This document shows, one piece after another, positions 1 through 9,466 of a stretch of DNA of 64,000 nucleotides. This DNA comes from an uncultured Bacteriovoracaceae bacterium (lineage in GTDB: Bacteria > Bdellovibrionota > UBA1018), in the NCBI GenBank assembly GCA_964563795.1, contig CAZLYB010000002.1:190428-254427 (forward strand), in the 5' to 3' direction. Position 1 is the stretch's first letter. Each line of letters opens with the position of its first letter. A program made the position numbers and the translations under genes. The notes beneath the pieces are model-generated. The model ran no database searches and was not told the DNA's origin. It worked only from the letters and a program-made list of their open reading frames with translations.

Positions 1-1197
1 CCCGATCAGCGCAGTATAGACGGGATGCTCCTGAGTTTTCATGAAGATCAAAAGCCAGGATCGCGCCGGTAAAAAACCCACCACCCCAATCCAAGCCGGG
101 ATCGCCAAAAAAACGACGAGCTTGAATCCCCTGCTTGAAATGCCTTCCTTCTTGAGCCGCTCTCCCATGACCATCACCGCGAGGCTCCCCAGGCAAGCCG
201 CAATCAAAACTGAAAGGGAAGCTCGGATATCCGAAAACACGAGCGCGCTCGCCGCTAAACTCCAGCTGGAAATCAAAGCTGAGCGAAGAACTCCCCTCCA
301 TTCCAAGATCCACAATCCTGAGAGCGCCGAGAAAAAAGCGGAAGCGAGCGTGACCCAGCCAAAAATGATGAAAACATCCGAAGTCCTGATCTGAGCCTCC
401 AAGCGGACCAAGAGAGCGAATGTGGAAACTGCGGGGAGAACTTGCGCGAACCATTCCACCCGATCCGAGGAGACTTTAAGGTAGGAATTCAATCCACCGA
501 TCACCGGGAAAGGTTGGAGTTGAAACCAGGCTCCCGCCAAAAGCAGCGCGCAACCCAACGAATCGACGCTGTTGGTATCCGCCAGGCTCAGCCACAAAGG
601 CGAGGCGTCCCATCTCAATCCCGTTCGGGCGCCCGCCAAAACGCAGGCTCCCAGCAGGCAAAGCATCACGCCGCTCAGCTTCTCCCAAGCCAGGCGCATC
701 ACCGCGGGACTCCCCCCGAGGGCGAGCAACCCCCCGAGCGAGGTCACTCCCATTCCGAGAATCGTCAGCCAAGGCGTCAATGAAATCCAAGACAACGTCA
801 CGCCCGCCAAGCTGATCCATGTGGAGGCGGCGAAAACCAAACCGCGATCCGTTTTTGAGAACAAGCCCCGATCCAAAACCAAGCCCAGGCTGAGCAAGCC
901 CAAGAGCAGCACCATCAACGAAGCGACGCCGTCTTGAAGGATGCCGACCAACACCGCGCCGGACTGCGAATGCGGCAAAATCCAACCCTTCGACCAAATC
1001 AAGGATTGAGTCGGAGCGTGGATGAATTCACTCAAGCTCCAAATGAAAACCGAGAAAAAAGCGAGCCACGTGGCGCCGAGCACCCAGGGGATTTGCCTCG
1101 GAAACCTGCGAGTGAGCCATCTGGCGAAAAAACCGGAGAAACACAGGATGAAGAGGAACCAGCTCAAGAGCTGGGAGAATTGCGTTTCGAGCTTCAT
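1..1197 (-). CDS. nuoL: NADH-quinone oxidoreductase antiporter-like membrane subunit (NuoL/M/N family), 5' portion; truncated by window start
   Basis: Open minus-strand frame from ATG at 1197..1195 (ATGA overlap with the nuoK stop at 1194-1196) to the window edge with no stop, so it is absent from the ORF track. Translation MKLETQFSQLLSWFLFILCF... is polytopic and hydrophobic; LTILGMGVTSLGGLLALGG resembles the LGWEGVGLCSYLLIGF motif of antiporter-like subunits. Position immediately after nuoK. Confidence 0.55.
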   Translation of the reverse strand, partial: MKLETQFSQLLSWFLFILCFSGFFARWLTRRFPRQIPWVLGATWLAFFSVFIWSLSEFIHAPTQSLIWSKGWILPHSQSGAVLVGILQDGVASLMVLLLGLLSLGLVLDRGLFSKTDRGLVFAASTWISLAGVTLSWISLTPWLTILGMGVTSLGGLLALGGSPAVMRLAWEKLSGVMLCLLGACVLAGARTGLRWDASPLWLSLADTNSVDSLGCALLLAGAWFQLQPFPVIGGLNSYLKVSSDRVEWFAQVLPAVSTFALLVRLEAQIRTSDVFIIFGWVTLASAFFSALSGLWILEWRGVLRSALISSWSLAASALVFSDIRASLSVLIAACLGSLAVMVMGERLKKEGISSRGFKLVVFLAIPAWIGVVGFLPARSWLLIFMKTQEHPVYTALIG

Positions 1198-1484
1198 GGC
1201 GCCGGCCTCTCAGCGGGAGCAGGGGCCTTCCTCTTGAGCGCGAAAAATCTCATCGCCAGCGCGCAGCCCGTGACGAATTGGATCACTGAGCTCAGCACGA
1301 TGAAGTAGCCGAAAAGATTTCCCAGGACCCTTTGATTGGTCATCATCCCGGAGGCCACCGACATGACCGCCGCGCCCATGACCAGCAGCTGTATTCCGAT
1401 CATGAGTCCCAACAAAGTTCGGCGGGTAAACGCACAGATCAGCCCCATCCCCCCCAGAAAAAAGGCTAGAATGAGGACTTCCAT
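1194..1484 (-). CDS. nuoK: NADH-quinone oxidoreductase subunit K
   Basis: About 96-aa three-TM protein (MEVLILAFFLGGMGLICAFTRRTLLGLMIGIQLLVMG...) typical of NuoK/ND4L. The ORF-track frame extends to 1517; the internal ATG at 1484 lies one nt after the nuoJ stop and is the preferred start. Confidence 0.7.
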   Translation of the reverse strand: MEVLILAFFLGGMGLICAFTRRTLLGLMIGIQLLVMGAAVMSVASGMMTNQRVLGNLFGYFIVLSSVIQFVTGCALAMRFFALKRKAPAPAERPAP

Positions 1485-1485
1485 C

Positions 1486-2010
1486 TCAGGAATTCCCCCC
1501 TTCCATGGGGCCATCATTCGCCTGAGTGGATCGCGCGACGATCCCGGCCCCGATCAAGGTGACGAAAAGCATGAGCGCCAAGAGGGTCAATGAAACTCCG
1601 TGCTGGTTGACGAGGCTCATGCTGAACTCCGCCGCGTTCGTCTCCGGCCCTACGGCGGATCGATCTTCGTTCAGAGGCGAAAAAGAAGCGCTGAACCAGG
1701 AGAGGGCCGAAAAACCAATCCCAAGAACGAGGGAAATCAAAGGAATGCCCCATCTCTTCCCAAGCGACCGGCTGGGGGAGGATCGATACTCCCCGAACAA
1801 AACTGCGAAAAAAACGAAACCCAAGGCGATCAAAGTGCAGCTCAGCCACTGAATCATGGCCAAAGTCTCAAAATCCAAAATCAAATAGATCGCCCCCACG
1901 CTCGTTCCGGCGAGCCAAAGAGCCAAGATCGCGACGTAGATATCAGCTGAAAAAGCGGCGAGTAGAGTAGAGCTGAAAGTCAGGGCTGCGAAGAAGTAAT
2001 AGGCGATCAT
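1486..2010 (-). CDS. nuoJ: NADH-quinone oxidoreductase subunit J
   Basis: 174-aa polytopic membrane protein between nuoI and nuoK; size, hydrophobicity and operon position fit NuoJ/ND6. Confidence 0.65.
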   Translation of the reverse strand: MIAYYFFAALTFSSTLLAAFSADIYVAILALWLAGTSVGAIYLILDFETLAMIQWLSCTLIALGFVFFAVLFGEYRSSPSRSLGKRWGIPLISLVLGIGFSALSWFSASFSPLNEDRSAVGPETNAAEFSMSLVNQHGVSLTLLALMLFVTLIGAGIVARSTQANDGPMEGGNS

Positions 2011-2532
2011 TCATTCTTCCTCAATTTGCTTGCGCATCGCCGCCCAAACCTCGCGTTGCTGAGCGGTCACTTGACCCAAACCGAAATGGACGATCAATCC
2101 ATCCAAGGACTCCACTGAGCTTTCGTACTGCTTGGTGTGCTTCAAGGATGCGGGCTTGCAGACTTCAACACACAATCCGCAAAACATACACCTTGAAAAA
2201 TCGATATCAAAAGATGAAACCCAAATTTTGCTGGAATTCGCGGCGGGCTCGGTTTGAACTTGGATGCATTTCGAGGGGCAGAGCCGGGCGCAATCCCCGC
2301 AACCCGTGCACCGCTGAATGTCGTTCTCGAGCAATCCCCGCGAACGGGGGGGCAATTCATCCGCGGTCCGGGAGGAAATCGGATCCGGGTACTGCTCCGT
2401 GACTTCGCGATGGTGCTCGCCGAGGCTCAAGAGGTAAGGGAAAACGGAGCGGCAGGATCGCCACAATGACCGGAGCCCGAGCAGCGAATTCCTCACCTTA
2501 GACCAACTGGCCGAAAAAATGGAGTTCGTCAC
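2011..2532 (-). CDS. nuoI: NADH-quinone oxidoreductase subunit I (2x[4Fe-4S] ferredoxin-type)
   Basis: Two CxxCxxCxxxCP motifs (CTGCGDCARLCP and CMFCGLCVEVCKP) and a TEQYPD motif. The ORF-track frame runs to 2652, overlapping nuoH. A GTG at 2532..2530 overlaps the nuoH TGA (GTGA) and gives a 173-aa product of canonical size. Confidence 0.85.
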   Translation of the reverse strand: MTNSIFSASWSKVRNSLLGLRSLWRSCRSVFPYLLSLGEHHREVTEQYPDPISSRTADELPPRSRGLLENDIQRCTGCGDCARLCPSKCIQVQTEPAANSSKIWVSSFDIDFSRCMFCGLCVEVCKPASLKHTKQYESSVESLDGLIVHFGLGQVTAQQREVWAAMRKQIEEE

Positions 2533-3563
2533 CAGAAGTACCCCCAAAGGCTGGAGGCGATGAGCGAAAAAAGCGCAAGAGGGCTCAAGACCTTCCAAGC
2601 AAAGTCGGTGACTTGATCCACGCGGCTCCTGGGCAACGCGATCGAAATCCAATGAATCAACAGCATGAGGATGAGCGTTTTAAAGAGAAGCCAACTGAGC
2701 TCTACCAGGGGAAGCCATGACTCGTACTCACCGCCGAGCCAGCGGGCCGTCCAATCCTCGCTCAGATTCCACGCGCCTAAGAACAAGACGACCGAGATCA
2801 AGGACCACAGAAAAAACGCGTAAAAACGCCCGAATTTGAAAAAACTCAACACCGGCCCCGAGAACTGCTCGGAGAGGCTGTCGATTCCCGACGTGGCCAT
2901 GGGGGGAATCGAAAATGCGGTGAGCCCGCCCATCATGAAAACCGAAAATGAGATCCACTGGAACGGATTCGAAAAAATTGACCATTCCCACGGGTACGCG
3001 CCTTGAGCTGCGACAAGCGCGCTCCATTTGAAGCTGCCGGCATGAATCCCAATACTGAGGAGCGCGACCCAGGCGGGGAAAAAACCTGAGATCATCTGAG
3101 ATGCGATTCGGACCCCGCTCAGCCAGCTCACCACCGAATCGCGGCTGAGGCCGAAGAGCAAAAGCGAGAATCCGAAAATGGACGCTGACCAAAACGGGAG
3201 AAGCGCGCTCAAGGGGCGATCCACCAGGATCAGTTTGGAGCCGATCGGCAAAATCGCGACCGTTGAAAAAAGCGCCATCGCGTGCATGTAAAACCACAGC
3301 GACTCATCCCATTTCCAGGAGAGAGAGCTTCTTTTCTGCAGCAGCTTGAGCCAATCCGCGAGGGGCTGGAAGATGCCGGCTTTCCCGGCCCGGCTCGGTC
3401 CGACGCGGGCCTGCAAATCGGCCGCGAGCTTCCTGGAGATATAATGGAAGAAATAGGCCGAAGGAGTGAGCACCAAAGCGTAGATGCTTAAAAGCGCGAT
3501 CACGGAGATCACGAGGCTTGGCGTGCCCTCGGGCAAACGATAGAGGGATTGCCAATGATTCAT
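2529..3563 (-). CDS. nuoH: NADH-quinone oxidoreductase subunit H
   Basis: 344-aa polytopic protein with ARVGPSRAGKAGIFQPLADWLKLL, matching the conserved QxRxGPN..G..G.LQP.AD motif of NuoH/ND1. Confidence 0.85.
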   Translation of the reverse strand: MNHWQSLYRLPEGTPSLVISVIALLSIYALVLTPSAYFFHYISRKLAADLQARVGPSRAGKAGIFQPLADWLKLLQKRSSLSWKWDESLWFYMHAMALFSTVAILPIGSKLILVDRPLSALLPFWSASIFGFSLLLFGLSRDSVVSWLSGVRIASQMISGFFPAWVALLSIGIHAGSFKWSALVAAQGAYPWEWSIFSNPFQWISFSVFMMGGLTAFSIPPMATSGIDSLSEQFSGPVLSFFKFGRFYAFFLWSLISVVLFLGAWNLSEDWTARWLGGEYESWLPLVELSWLLFKTLILMLLIHWISIALPRSRVDQVTDFAWKVLSPLALFSLIASSLWGYFW

Positions 3564-4600
3564 CGGTCCACCTCGGCGATGCTGATGTCCAAGCTCGCGA
3601 TGAGCACGGGGAGATCCTCAACCAATGTCCCGGGGAAAAGCTCCGGCAACAGCAGAATGGCGAACGCGCTGGGCGTCTTGAACTGGACGCGCTGGGGTTT
3701 TTCACCCCCGCTTGAAACTAAATGACATCCTAATTCACCCCGGGTCGTCATGACTTTGAGCCATGACTCACCAGCAGGCACGCGAAAAGGCTCATCCATG
3801 TTCTTGTGAGATTTGGAGCTGATAAACGGCCCCTCGAGAGCCGAGCCCATGAGTTCCCTGAGTTTTTGAACGGACCTGAAAATCCCGTCCATCCGATGGC
3901 AATAGCGCGAGTAAGCGTCCCCTTGCAGCGAATGAAGCCCATACCTGGCCGCCTGATCCGCGCTGACTTCCCCCACTGAGCGCGTGCGATCGATGAAAAT
4001 CCGGTTCTTTGAGAGGAGGTCATTGTACTCCTGCATGCGGAGGAGGATCAGGTCGCAAAACTCTGCCGTCCTCTCCAGGAATCCCTCGGTGACATCAGCC
4101 GTCACCCCGCCGTAGCGCAGAAAATGCAAAGAGAAGCGCGCGCCCGCGATGAGTTCAAAAAGATCCAGGATCCGCTCCCGATCCCTGAGCGCGTAATGAA
4201 GCATTGTTTTGGAATTGAGCGCCTTCGCCATGCGAGCGAGAAAACTCAGGTGCGACTGCACGCGAGTCAGCTCAGCGAGCAGCTCCCGCACGAAACGGGC
4301 GCGCTCCGGAACTTCGATTTGAGCGACTTCCTCAACCGCGGAGCAGAGCGCCAGCTCCCCGAAAAAAGAATGTTCCGGATCGAGGTGGCCCGCGAGGACC
4401 AATGCCCCTTCCCAGTCACTCGCCTCAATCGAACGCTCCAAACCCCGGTGCAGGAATCCCGTCTCCACCTCGCCCGAAACGATGATCTCCCCATCCAAGC
4501 GCAAATGCAGCCGCATCGGCTCAACCAAGAAATCGTGGTACGGGCCGATGGTCCATTCGCTGTAATCCGTGGGGAATGTCTCATCCGTCAGGAAATTCAT
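3560..4600 (-). CDS. nuoD: NADH-quinone oxidoreductase subunit D (49-kDa subunit)
   Basis: 346-aa protein with ETGFLHRGLER near the N-terminus and overall NuoD/NiFe-large-subunit-like composition, but no CxxC nickel-binding motifs, which favours complex I over hydrogenase. 4-nt overlaps with its neighbours. Confidence 0.8.
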   Translation of the reverse strand: MNFLTDETFPTDYSEWTIGPYHDFLVEPMRLHLRLDGEIIVSGEVETGFLHRGLERSIEASDWEGALVLAGHLDPEHSFFGELALCSAVEEVAQIEVPERARFVRELLAELTRVQSHLSFLARMAKALNSKTMLHYALRDRERILDLFELIAGARFSLHFLRYGGVTADVTEGFLERTAEFCDLILLRMQEYNDLLSKNRIFIDRTRSVGEVSADQAARYGLHSLQGDAYSRYCHRMDGIFRSVQKLRELMGSALEGPFISSKSHKNMDEPFRVPAGESWLKVMTTRGELGCHLVSSGGEKPQRVQFKTPSAFAILLLPELFPGTLVEDLPVLIASLDISIAEVDR

Positions 4601-4995
4601 GAGGAAACGGCCTTCGGGGACTCGCTGAAGACGAGATTGAATCTTTGGGCCGCCTCTTTTTCAAAAATTTCCGCGGCGCCCCAAAAACCCCGGATTGAAG
4701 GAAGGGTGATCCCGCCTTCTTTGGGGATCGGCACCGCGCTCCTGAGGATCAATGGACCTGAACTCCCCCTGAAAAAATAGGTGACGACGAGGGCGTCGTC
4801 CACTTGCATGACTGAAATATTTTCCAAAAAATCGTACCCCAGGGATTCTTCTTCACAAAGAAGGCGGGCCACGGATTCAATGCCTTCCACCTTTAACCAG
4901 ATCAGCGGCAGACCGCGTCGGCCGAATTTCTGCTCCTGCAGAATGAATCGATTGAACGATTTGCGGAGTTCAGGCGAGGATGCCGTGCTTTCCAC
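4597..4995 (-). CDS. nuoC: NADH-quinone oxidoreductase subunit C (30-kDa subunit)
   Basis: 132-aa protein between nuoB and nuoD; VTYFFRGSSGP...EIFEKEAAQRFNL resembles the NuoC core. Shorter than typical NuoC. Confidence 0.65.
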   Translation of the reverse strand: MESTASSPELRKSFNRFILQEQKFGRRGLPLIWLKVEGIESVARLLCEEESLGYDFLENISVMQVDDALVVTYFFRGSSGPLILRSAVPIPKEGGITLPSIRGFWGAAEIFEKEAAQRFNLVFSESPKAVSS

Positions 4996-5446
4996 GAGCC
5001 CTCCCGCGGATCTTGGATTGAAGACGAATCAAGCCATGCATGATGGATTCCGGGCGCGGAGGGCAACCGGGAACATGTACATCCACCGGAACGACTTGAT
5101 CCGCTCCCGATAAAACGACGTCAGGCGCATGCTGGGCGAACGGCCCTCCGCTATTTGAGCAAGCTCCGACCGCCATCACGTACTTCGGCGTCAACATCGC
5201 CTCATACAAGGCCCGGAGATGAGGGGCGGCTTTTTGGGATACGGCGCCGCAAACGATGAGCAAATCGGCTTGGCCGGGCGTCTCTTGCGGCAAGCAGCCG
5301 AATCGCTCCAAATCATAGCGACACCCTTGGGCGCTCAGGACTTCATTGGCGCAACAACCCGATTGAGCCGTGATGTACCAAAGCGACTGCGAACGAGCCC
5401 ACTCCAATGCCCGATCGATAGTGGAAAGAAGCAGCGTCCCGCTCAT
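4970..5446 (-). CDS. nuoB: NADH-quinone oxidoreductase subunit B (PSST, N2 cluster)
   Basis: GCCANE, ...VCGAVS..., ACSNSGGPF and VDVHVPGCPPRPE motifs, which are the canonical NuoB Cys ligands. Confidence 0.9.
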   Translation of the reverse strand: MSGTLLLSTIDRALEWARSQSLWYITAQSGCCANEVLSAQGCRYDLERFGCLPQETPGQADLLIVCGAVSQKAAPHLRALYEAMLTPKYVMAVGACSNSGGPFAQHAPDVVLSGADQVVPVDVHVPGCPPRPESIMHGLIRLQSKIRGRARGKHGILA

Positions 5447-5838
5447 TTTTTAATCCCTTTGCTCGATGAAGAATAGGATCGTAGCCAACTTAGATCCCCT
5501 TTCTTCACTGAATAAAGTAGACCCAATCCCGCAAGCATCGCAATCCCTGCGATCAATAATAATCCCGTTTTATCCGGAGCGAGCGGTGCCGTCGCGCAAG
5601 GAATCAAGGCGACGATCATCATGATCAAGATGAGCGCTGAATTCACCGCGAAAAAAAAACGCGGGTTGATCCTCTGGCCCAATTGTGAAGGCGAGATCTG
5701 GGGGAGTTGGGAAGCGGAAATCGATTTTTCGTGATTGCGCGAAAAAAGCTTGGATAAGGCGCGAAGACCCAGGGGGATGCTCAGGGCGAAGATTGCCGCC
5801 CCATAATATATGGAGTAACCGCTCCAGGTGCTCGACAT
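5443..5838 (-). CDS. nuoA: NADH-quinone oxidoreductase subunit A
   Basis: 131-aa three-TM protein and first gene of the nuo block; 4-nt overlap with nuoB. Confidence 0.65.
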   Translation of the reverse strand: MSSTWSGYSIYYGAAIFALSIPLGLRALSKLFSRNHEKSISASQLPQISPSQLGQRINPRFFFAVNSALILIMMIVALIPCATAPLAPDKTGLLLIAGIAMLAGLGLLYSVKKGDLSWLRSYSSSSKGIKK

Positions 5839-5896
5839 TGGATGAGCCCAGGCTACAGAAGTTGAAATTGCGTGTCAAGCTCGGTAGGGTCCCGCG

Positions 5897-8800
5897 GTGG
5901 CCTCAAGTCGGATCGAAGATCTCGTCAAATCAGCCCGCGATTTAAATGAACCCATCCGCGTGAGCGGGGGAAACCTCTCCGCATACTCGCTCTGCGCGGC
6001 GAGGTGGCTTTCGAGCTCCGTGAAATCGGCGCATCATCAGGGATTGATCATCGCCCCGAGCGCTGAGCTCGCACTCCTGCTCGCGGAAGACTGCCGATTT
6101 TTCCTGGGATTGCTGGGTGTGGAAATCGCCGTCCTTGAGTTTCCGACTTGGGAGCAATCCCCGTACAGCCCCATTTCCCCCTCAATTCGGACCCGCCTCT
6201 CGCGCCTATCAACCTTGAGCGCCCTTCATCATGAGGCTCCGGCCTCTCGCCTCATCGTGACGACGATTGAAGCGGCGGCGCAAGCCACCTTGCCCCCGGT
6301 AAAATTTCTTCAAAGCGCGATCACTTTGATCGCGGAAGAATCCATCAAATCGCGCGAGGCTCTTGCGGAGCGGCTCGGAGCGATCGGTTACCAGCGCGTA
6401 GACACTGTTGAGGATCCCGGAACCTTCGCGATTCGGGGAGAAATCATCGATCTTTACCCTCTCGACCGCAAACAGCCGATCAGGATTGAACTCTTTGACG
6501 ATTTGATCGAGAGGATGAGGGAATTCGACCCATCGAGCCAGCGCGCCTCCACGCCCCTCAAGCGCTGCCAGGTTTTTCCCGCTCGTGAAGTCTTGATTCA
6601 CGGCGAAGCCTCCAAGACGCTTCGCGAGAGAATCAAGCTCTTCTCCGATGAAAATGGAATCTCCCGCTCTGTTCGCGATCCTTTGCTTGAATCCATCCAA
6701 AACGGGATTTATCCGGAACAGGCTGACGCGTGGGCCCCTTTCGCCTATGAAAACTCAGCGACGCTTTGGGATCACTTGCCTGAGTCCACCTCGGTTTTTT
6801 GGTATGATGAGCTGGGCTGCGATCAGAACTGGGATCAATTCATCGCCAAGCAAAAGGAGTTCGGTCCTGAAAGGATCATCCCTTCCCCCGAGGCTTTGTT
6901 CCCTTGGAACTCTGAGCGACATTCGTTGGCGCGCTCCAAGACGCGCTTTTATTTTGATCGCCTCGAACTCGCTTCGCTCGAAGAAAAAACGGAAGAGCCC
7001 GAAAATCAGGAAACATCGCCGCGGCTGACCGACCAACATCGAATTTCCATCAAGGGAAATTCCGATCTCATGAATCAGTCCAAGCCCACCTCCAAGACCA
7101 GCGCGCAAAACACCTTGGATTCCCTTCAAGACCGATTCGCGCTGTGGGACCGCCAAGGGTTTGAAGTCCACGTCCTCGCTTCCACGCAAAGCCAGGTGGA
7201 TCGAATCCGATTTCTGCTCCAAGAGCGCGACATGCTCTCCGCTCGCATCTCGGTGTCTCAAGGCCATCTGAACGAAGGGTTCCGCTGGCCCGCCGAAGGC
7301 CAAGTCTTCATCACCGAAAACGAGATTTTCGGCTCCAAGCGCGCCCGGAAAAATCAAAGCGCCACGAAAGATTGGATCGGCCTTCAAGCGCTCAGCGACT
7401 TGGCGCCGGGAGACCGAGTCGTGCACCGCGATCACGGGATCGGTCTTTACCAGGGCTTGGTTCGGTTAAACCTCTCGGGAGCGGCGAGCGATTTTCTGCT
7501 GCTCGAGTACGCGGGCAAGGACAAGCTTTACGTCCCCGTCTATCGGATGAACGTCATCCAAAAATATTCAGGCGGCGAAACCGCCGCCCTGGATCGCTTG
7601 GGCACCCAGCAATTCGCGAAGGCTAAAGAGAAAGCCAAGGACTCCATCAACAAGCTCGCGATCGATCTCGTTCGGCTTTACGCGGAACGCGAAATCCGGC
7701 CGGGAACGAGGTTTTCTCCGCCTGATTCATTGTTCAGCGAATTCGAGGGGAAATTCCCGTTCGATGAAACCCCGGATCAGCTCAAGGCCATTCAAAACGT
7801 GATGGAGGACCTTGAATCAGGAAAAGCCATGGATCGATTGGTCTGCGGCGACGTGGGCTATGGAAAAACAGAAGTGGCCATCCGCGCCGCTTTCAGGGCG
7901 GTTACCGAGGGCAAGCAAGTGGCCGTCCTCGTCCCGACCACGATTCTGGCCTACCAGCATGAGCTCTCCTTCAAATCCAGGCTCAAAGATTATCCGATGG
8001 CCGTTGAATCGGTATCGAGGTTCAAATCCCCCAAGGAGCAAAAGGCGGTGATCGACGCGCTCGCCGCGGGAAAGATCGATATCGTCATCGGAACTCATCG
8101 CCTCCTCTCAAAAGACGTCCGCTTCAAGGATTTGGGCCTAATCGTGATCGATGAGGAGCATCGCTTCGGCGTGGAGCACAAGGAGCGCCTCAAAACGCTC
8201 AAGGTCGACACTCATGTGCTCACCTTGAGCGCAACGCCGATACCCCGGACCTTGCACATGGCGCTTTCCGGGCTCAGGGACATCAGCCTGATTCATACGC
8301 CCCCGGTGGATCGCCTCCCCATTCGGACTTTCGTCTCGAAACTCGATGACGATTTGATCCGGAAATCCATTGAGTTTGAGCTCCAACGGGGCGGGCAGGT
8401 CTTCTACCTTCACAACCGCGTGCAGACGATTTACGAACGCGCCAACCACCTCAAGGAGCTGATTCCCAATGCGCAGCTCTCCGTGGCGCACGGTCAGATG
8501 CCAGAGACCGAACTCGAAAAAGCGATGCTCGAATTCTATGAGCGCCGATCCCAAATCCTGATCTGCACCTCCATCATCGAGTCGGGCCTGGATTTGCCGC
8601 TGGCCAACACCTTGATCGTTGAACGCGCGGACGCATTGGGATTGGCTCAGCTTTATCAAATCCGAGGGCGAGTGGGGCGCGGCGACCGCCGAGCTTACGC
8701 CTATCTGATGATCCCCTCGGAGGGGGCGATCACCGAAGACGCCAAAAAAAGGCTCGAAGTCATCCAAAAATTCGTGGAACTGGGGAGCGGCTTCAGCATC

Positions 8801-9466
8801 GCTTCGCACGACTTGGATTTGCGGGGCGGGGGAGATCTGCTCGGAGCCCAGCAATCTGGGCACATCGCAGCGGTGGGATTTGACCTCTATACGGAGCTTT
8901 TGGAGGAAGCGATTGCGGAACTAAGGACCGAGGAGTCCACCCCGAAACTCAAGGAGCCCGAGATTCAAATTCCATGGCCCGCGTTTTTGTCCGAGGATTA
9001 CGTCCCGGACATCCATCAGCGGCTCTCCCTTTATCGCCGACTCTCCGGGGCGACCGATCAAGCGGAGCTCACCTCCCTTGAAGAAGAACTCCAGGATCGA
9101 TTCGGAAAACTCCCCGAGGAGGCCATGAATCTCCTGGTCTTGATTCGGCTCAAGCAACTTCTCAAAGCGGTTGGCATTGAATCCATGAACGTGGGAAAAG
9201 AAAAGATATCCTTGCTCATCGGGGATCTCCAAGCCGTCGCCGCGTCTGGAACGCCGTCCTCCCACCGTCTCGATCCCGTCAAAGTAGTGGCGCTCGTGAC
9301 CGGGCAACCGCGCCAATATCAACTCACACCCGATTCCAAACTCGTGATTCAGTTTCTACCGTCCGATTCCTCTTCCCCTTCGACGCGCCATATCAGCGAT
9401 TTGCACTTGCAGCTGGAAAGTCTCTTTAAAAAAATTTCCCTCGCTGATAGCCTTAAAGAGATATGA
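5897..9466 (+). CDS. mfd: transcription-repair coupling factor Mfd
   Basis: 1189-aa protein with a UvrB-homology N-terminus, superfamily-2 helicase motifs (GDVGYGKTEVA, DEEHRFGV, SATPIPRTL, QLYQIRGRVGRG) and a TRCF C-terminal domain. Starts with GTG at 5897. Confidence 0.9.
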   Translation: MASSRIEDLVKSARDLNEPIRVSGGNLSAYSLCAARWLSSSVKSAHHQGLIIAPSAELALLLAEDCRFFLGLLGVEIAVLEFPTWEQSPYSPISPSIRTRLSRLSTLSALHHEAPASRLIVTTIEAAAQATLPPVKFLQSAITLIAEESIKSREALAERLGAIGYQRVDTVEDPGTFAIRGEIIDLYPLDRKQPIRIELFDDLIERMREFDPSSQRASTPLKRCQVFPAREVLIHGEASKTLRERIKLFSDENGISRSVRDPLLESIQNGIYPEQADAWAPFAYENSATLWDHLPESTSVFWYDELGCDQNWDQFIAKQKEFGPERIIPSPEALFPWNSERHSLARSKTRFYFDRLELASLEEKTEEPENQETSPRLTDQHRISIKGNSDLMNQSKPTSKTSAQNTLDSLQDRFALWDRQGFEVHVLASTQSQVDRIRFLLQERDMLSARISVSQGHLNEGFRWPAEGQVFITENEIFGSKRARKNQSATKDWIGLQALSDLAPGDRVVHRDHGIGLYQGLVRLNLSGAASDFLLLEYAGKDKLYVPVYRMNVIQKYSGGETAALDRLGTQQFAKAKEKAKDSINKLAIDLVRLYAEREIRPGTRFSPPDSLFSEFEGKFPFDETPDQLKAIQNVMEDLESGKAMDRLVCGDVGYGKTEVAIRAAFRAVTEGKQVAVLVPTTILAYQHELSFKSRLKDYPMAVESVSRFKSPKEQKAVIDALAAGKIDIVIGTHRLLSKDVRFKDLGLIVIDEEHRFGVEHKERLKTLKVDTHVLTLSATPIPRTLHMALSGLRDISLIHTPPVDRLPIRTFVSKLDDDLIRKSIEFELQRGGQVFYLHNRVQTIYERANHLKELIPNAQLSVAHGQMPETELEKAMLEFYERRSQILICTSIIESGLDLPLANTLIVERADALGLAQLYQIRGRVGRGDRRAYAYLMIPSEGAITEDAKKRLEVIQKFVELGSGFSIASHDLDLRGGGDLLGAQQSGHIAAVGFDLYTELLEEAIAELRTEESTPKLKEPEIQIPWPAFLSEDYVPDIHQRLSLYRRLSGATDQAELTSLEEELQDRFGKLPEEAMNLLVLIRLKQLLKAVGIESMNVGKEKISLLIGDLQAVAASGTPSSHRLDPVKVVALVTGQPRQYQLTPDSKLVIQFLPSDSSSPSTRHISDLHLQLESLFKKISLADSLKEI

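Noticed and set aside
476-997. 173-aa minus-strand ORF near the window start
   Set aside because: It is an alternative frame within the region covered by the open nuoL-like frame. Its translation is Arg/Gly-rich and not membrane-like, whereas the nuoL frame is continuous and hydrophobic.
3560-4600. Possibility that the nuo-like block is a membrane-bound [NiFe] hydrogenase (Ech/Mbh/Hyf-type)
   Set aside because: The NuoD homologue lacks the N-terminal RxCGxC and C-terminal DPCxxC nickel-ligand motifs required in hydrogenase large subunits. NuoA and NuoJ, which are absent from Ech-type hydrogenases, are present.
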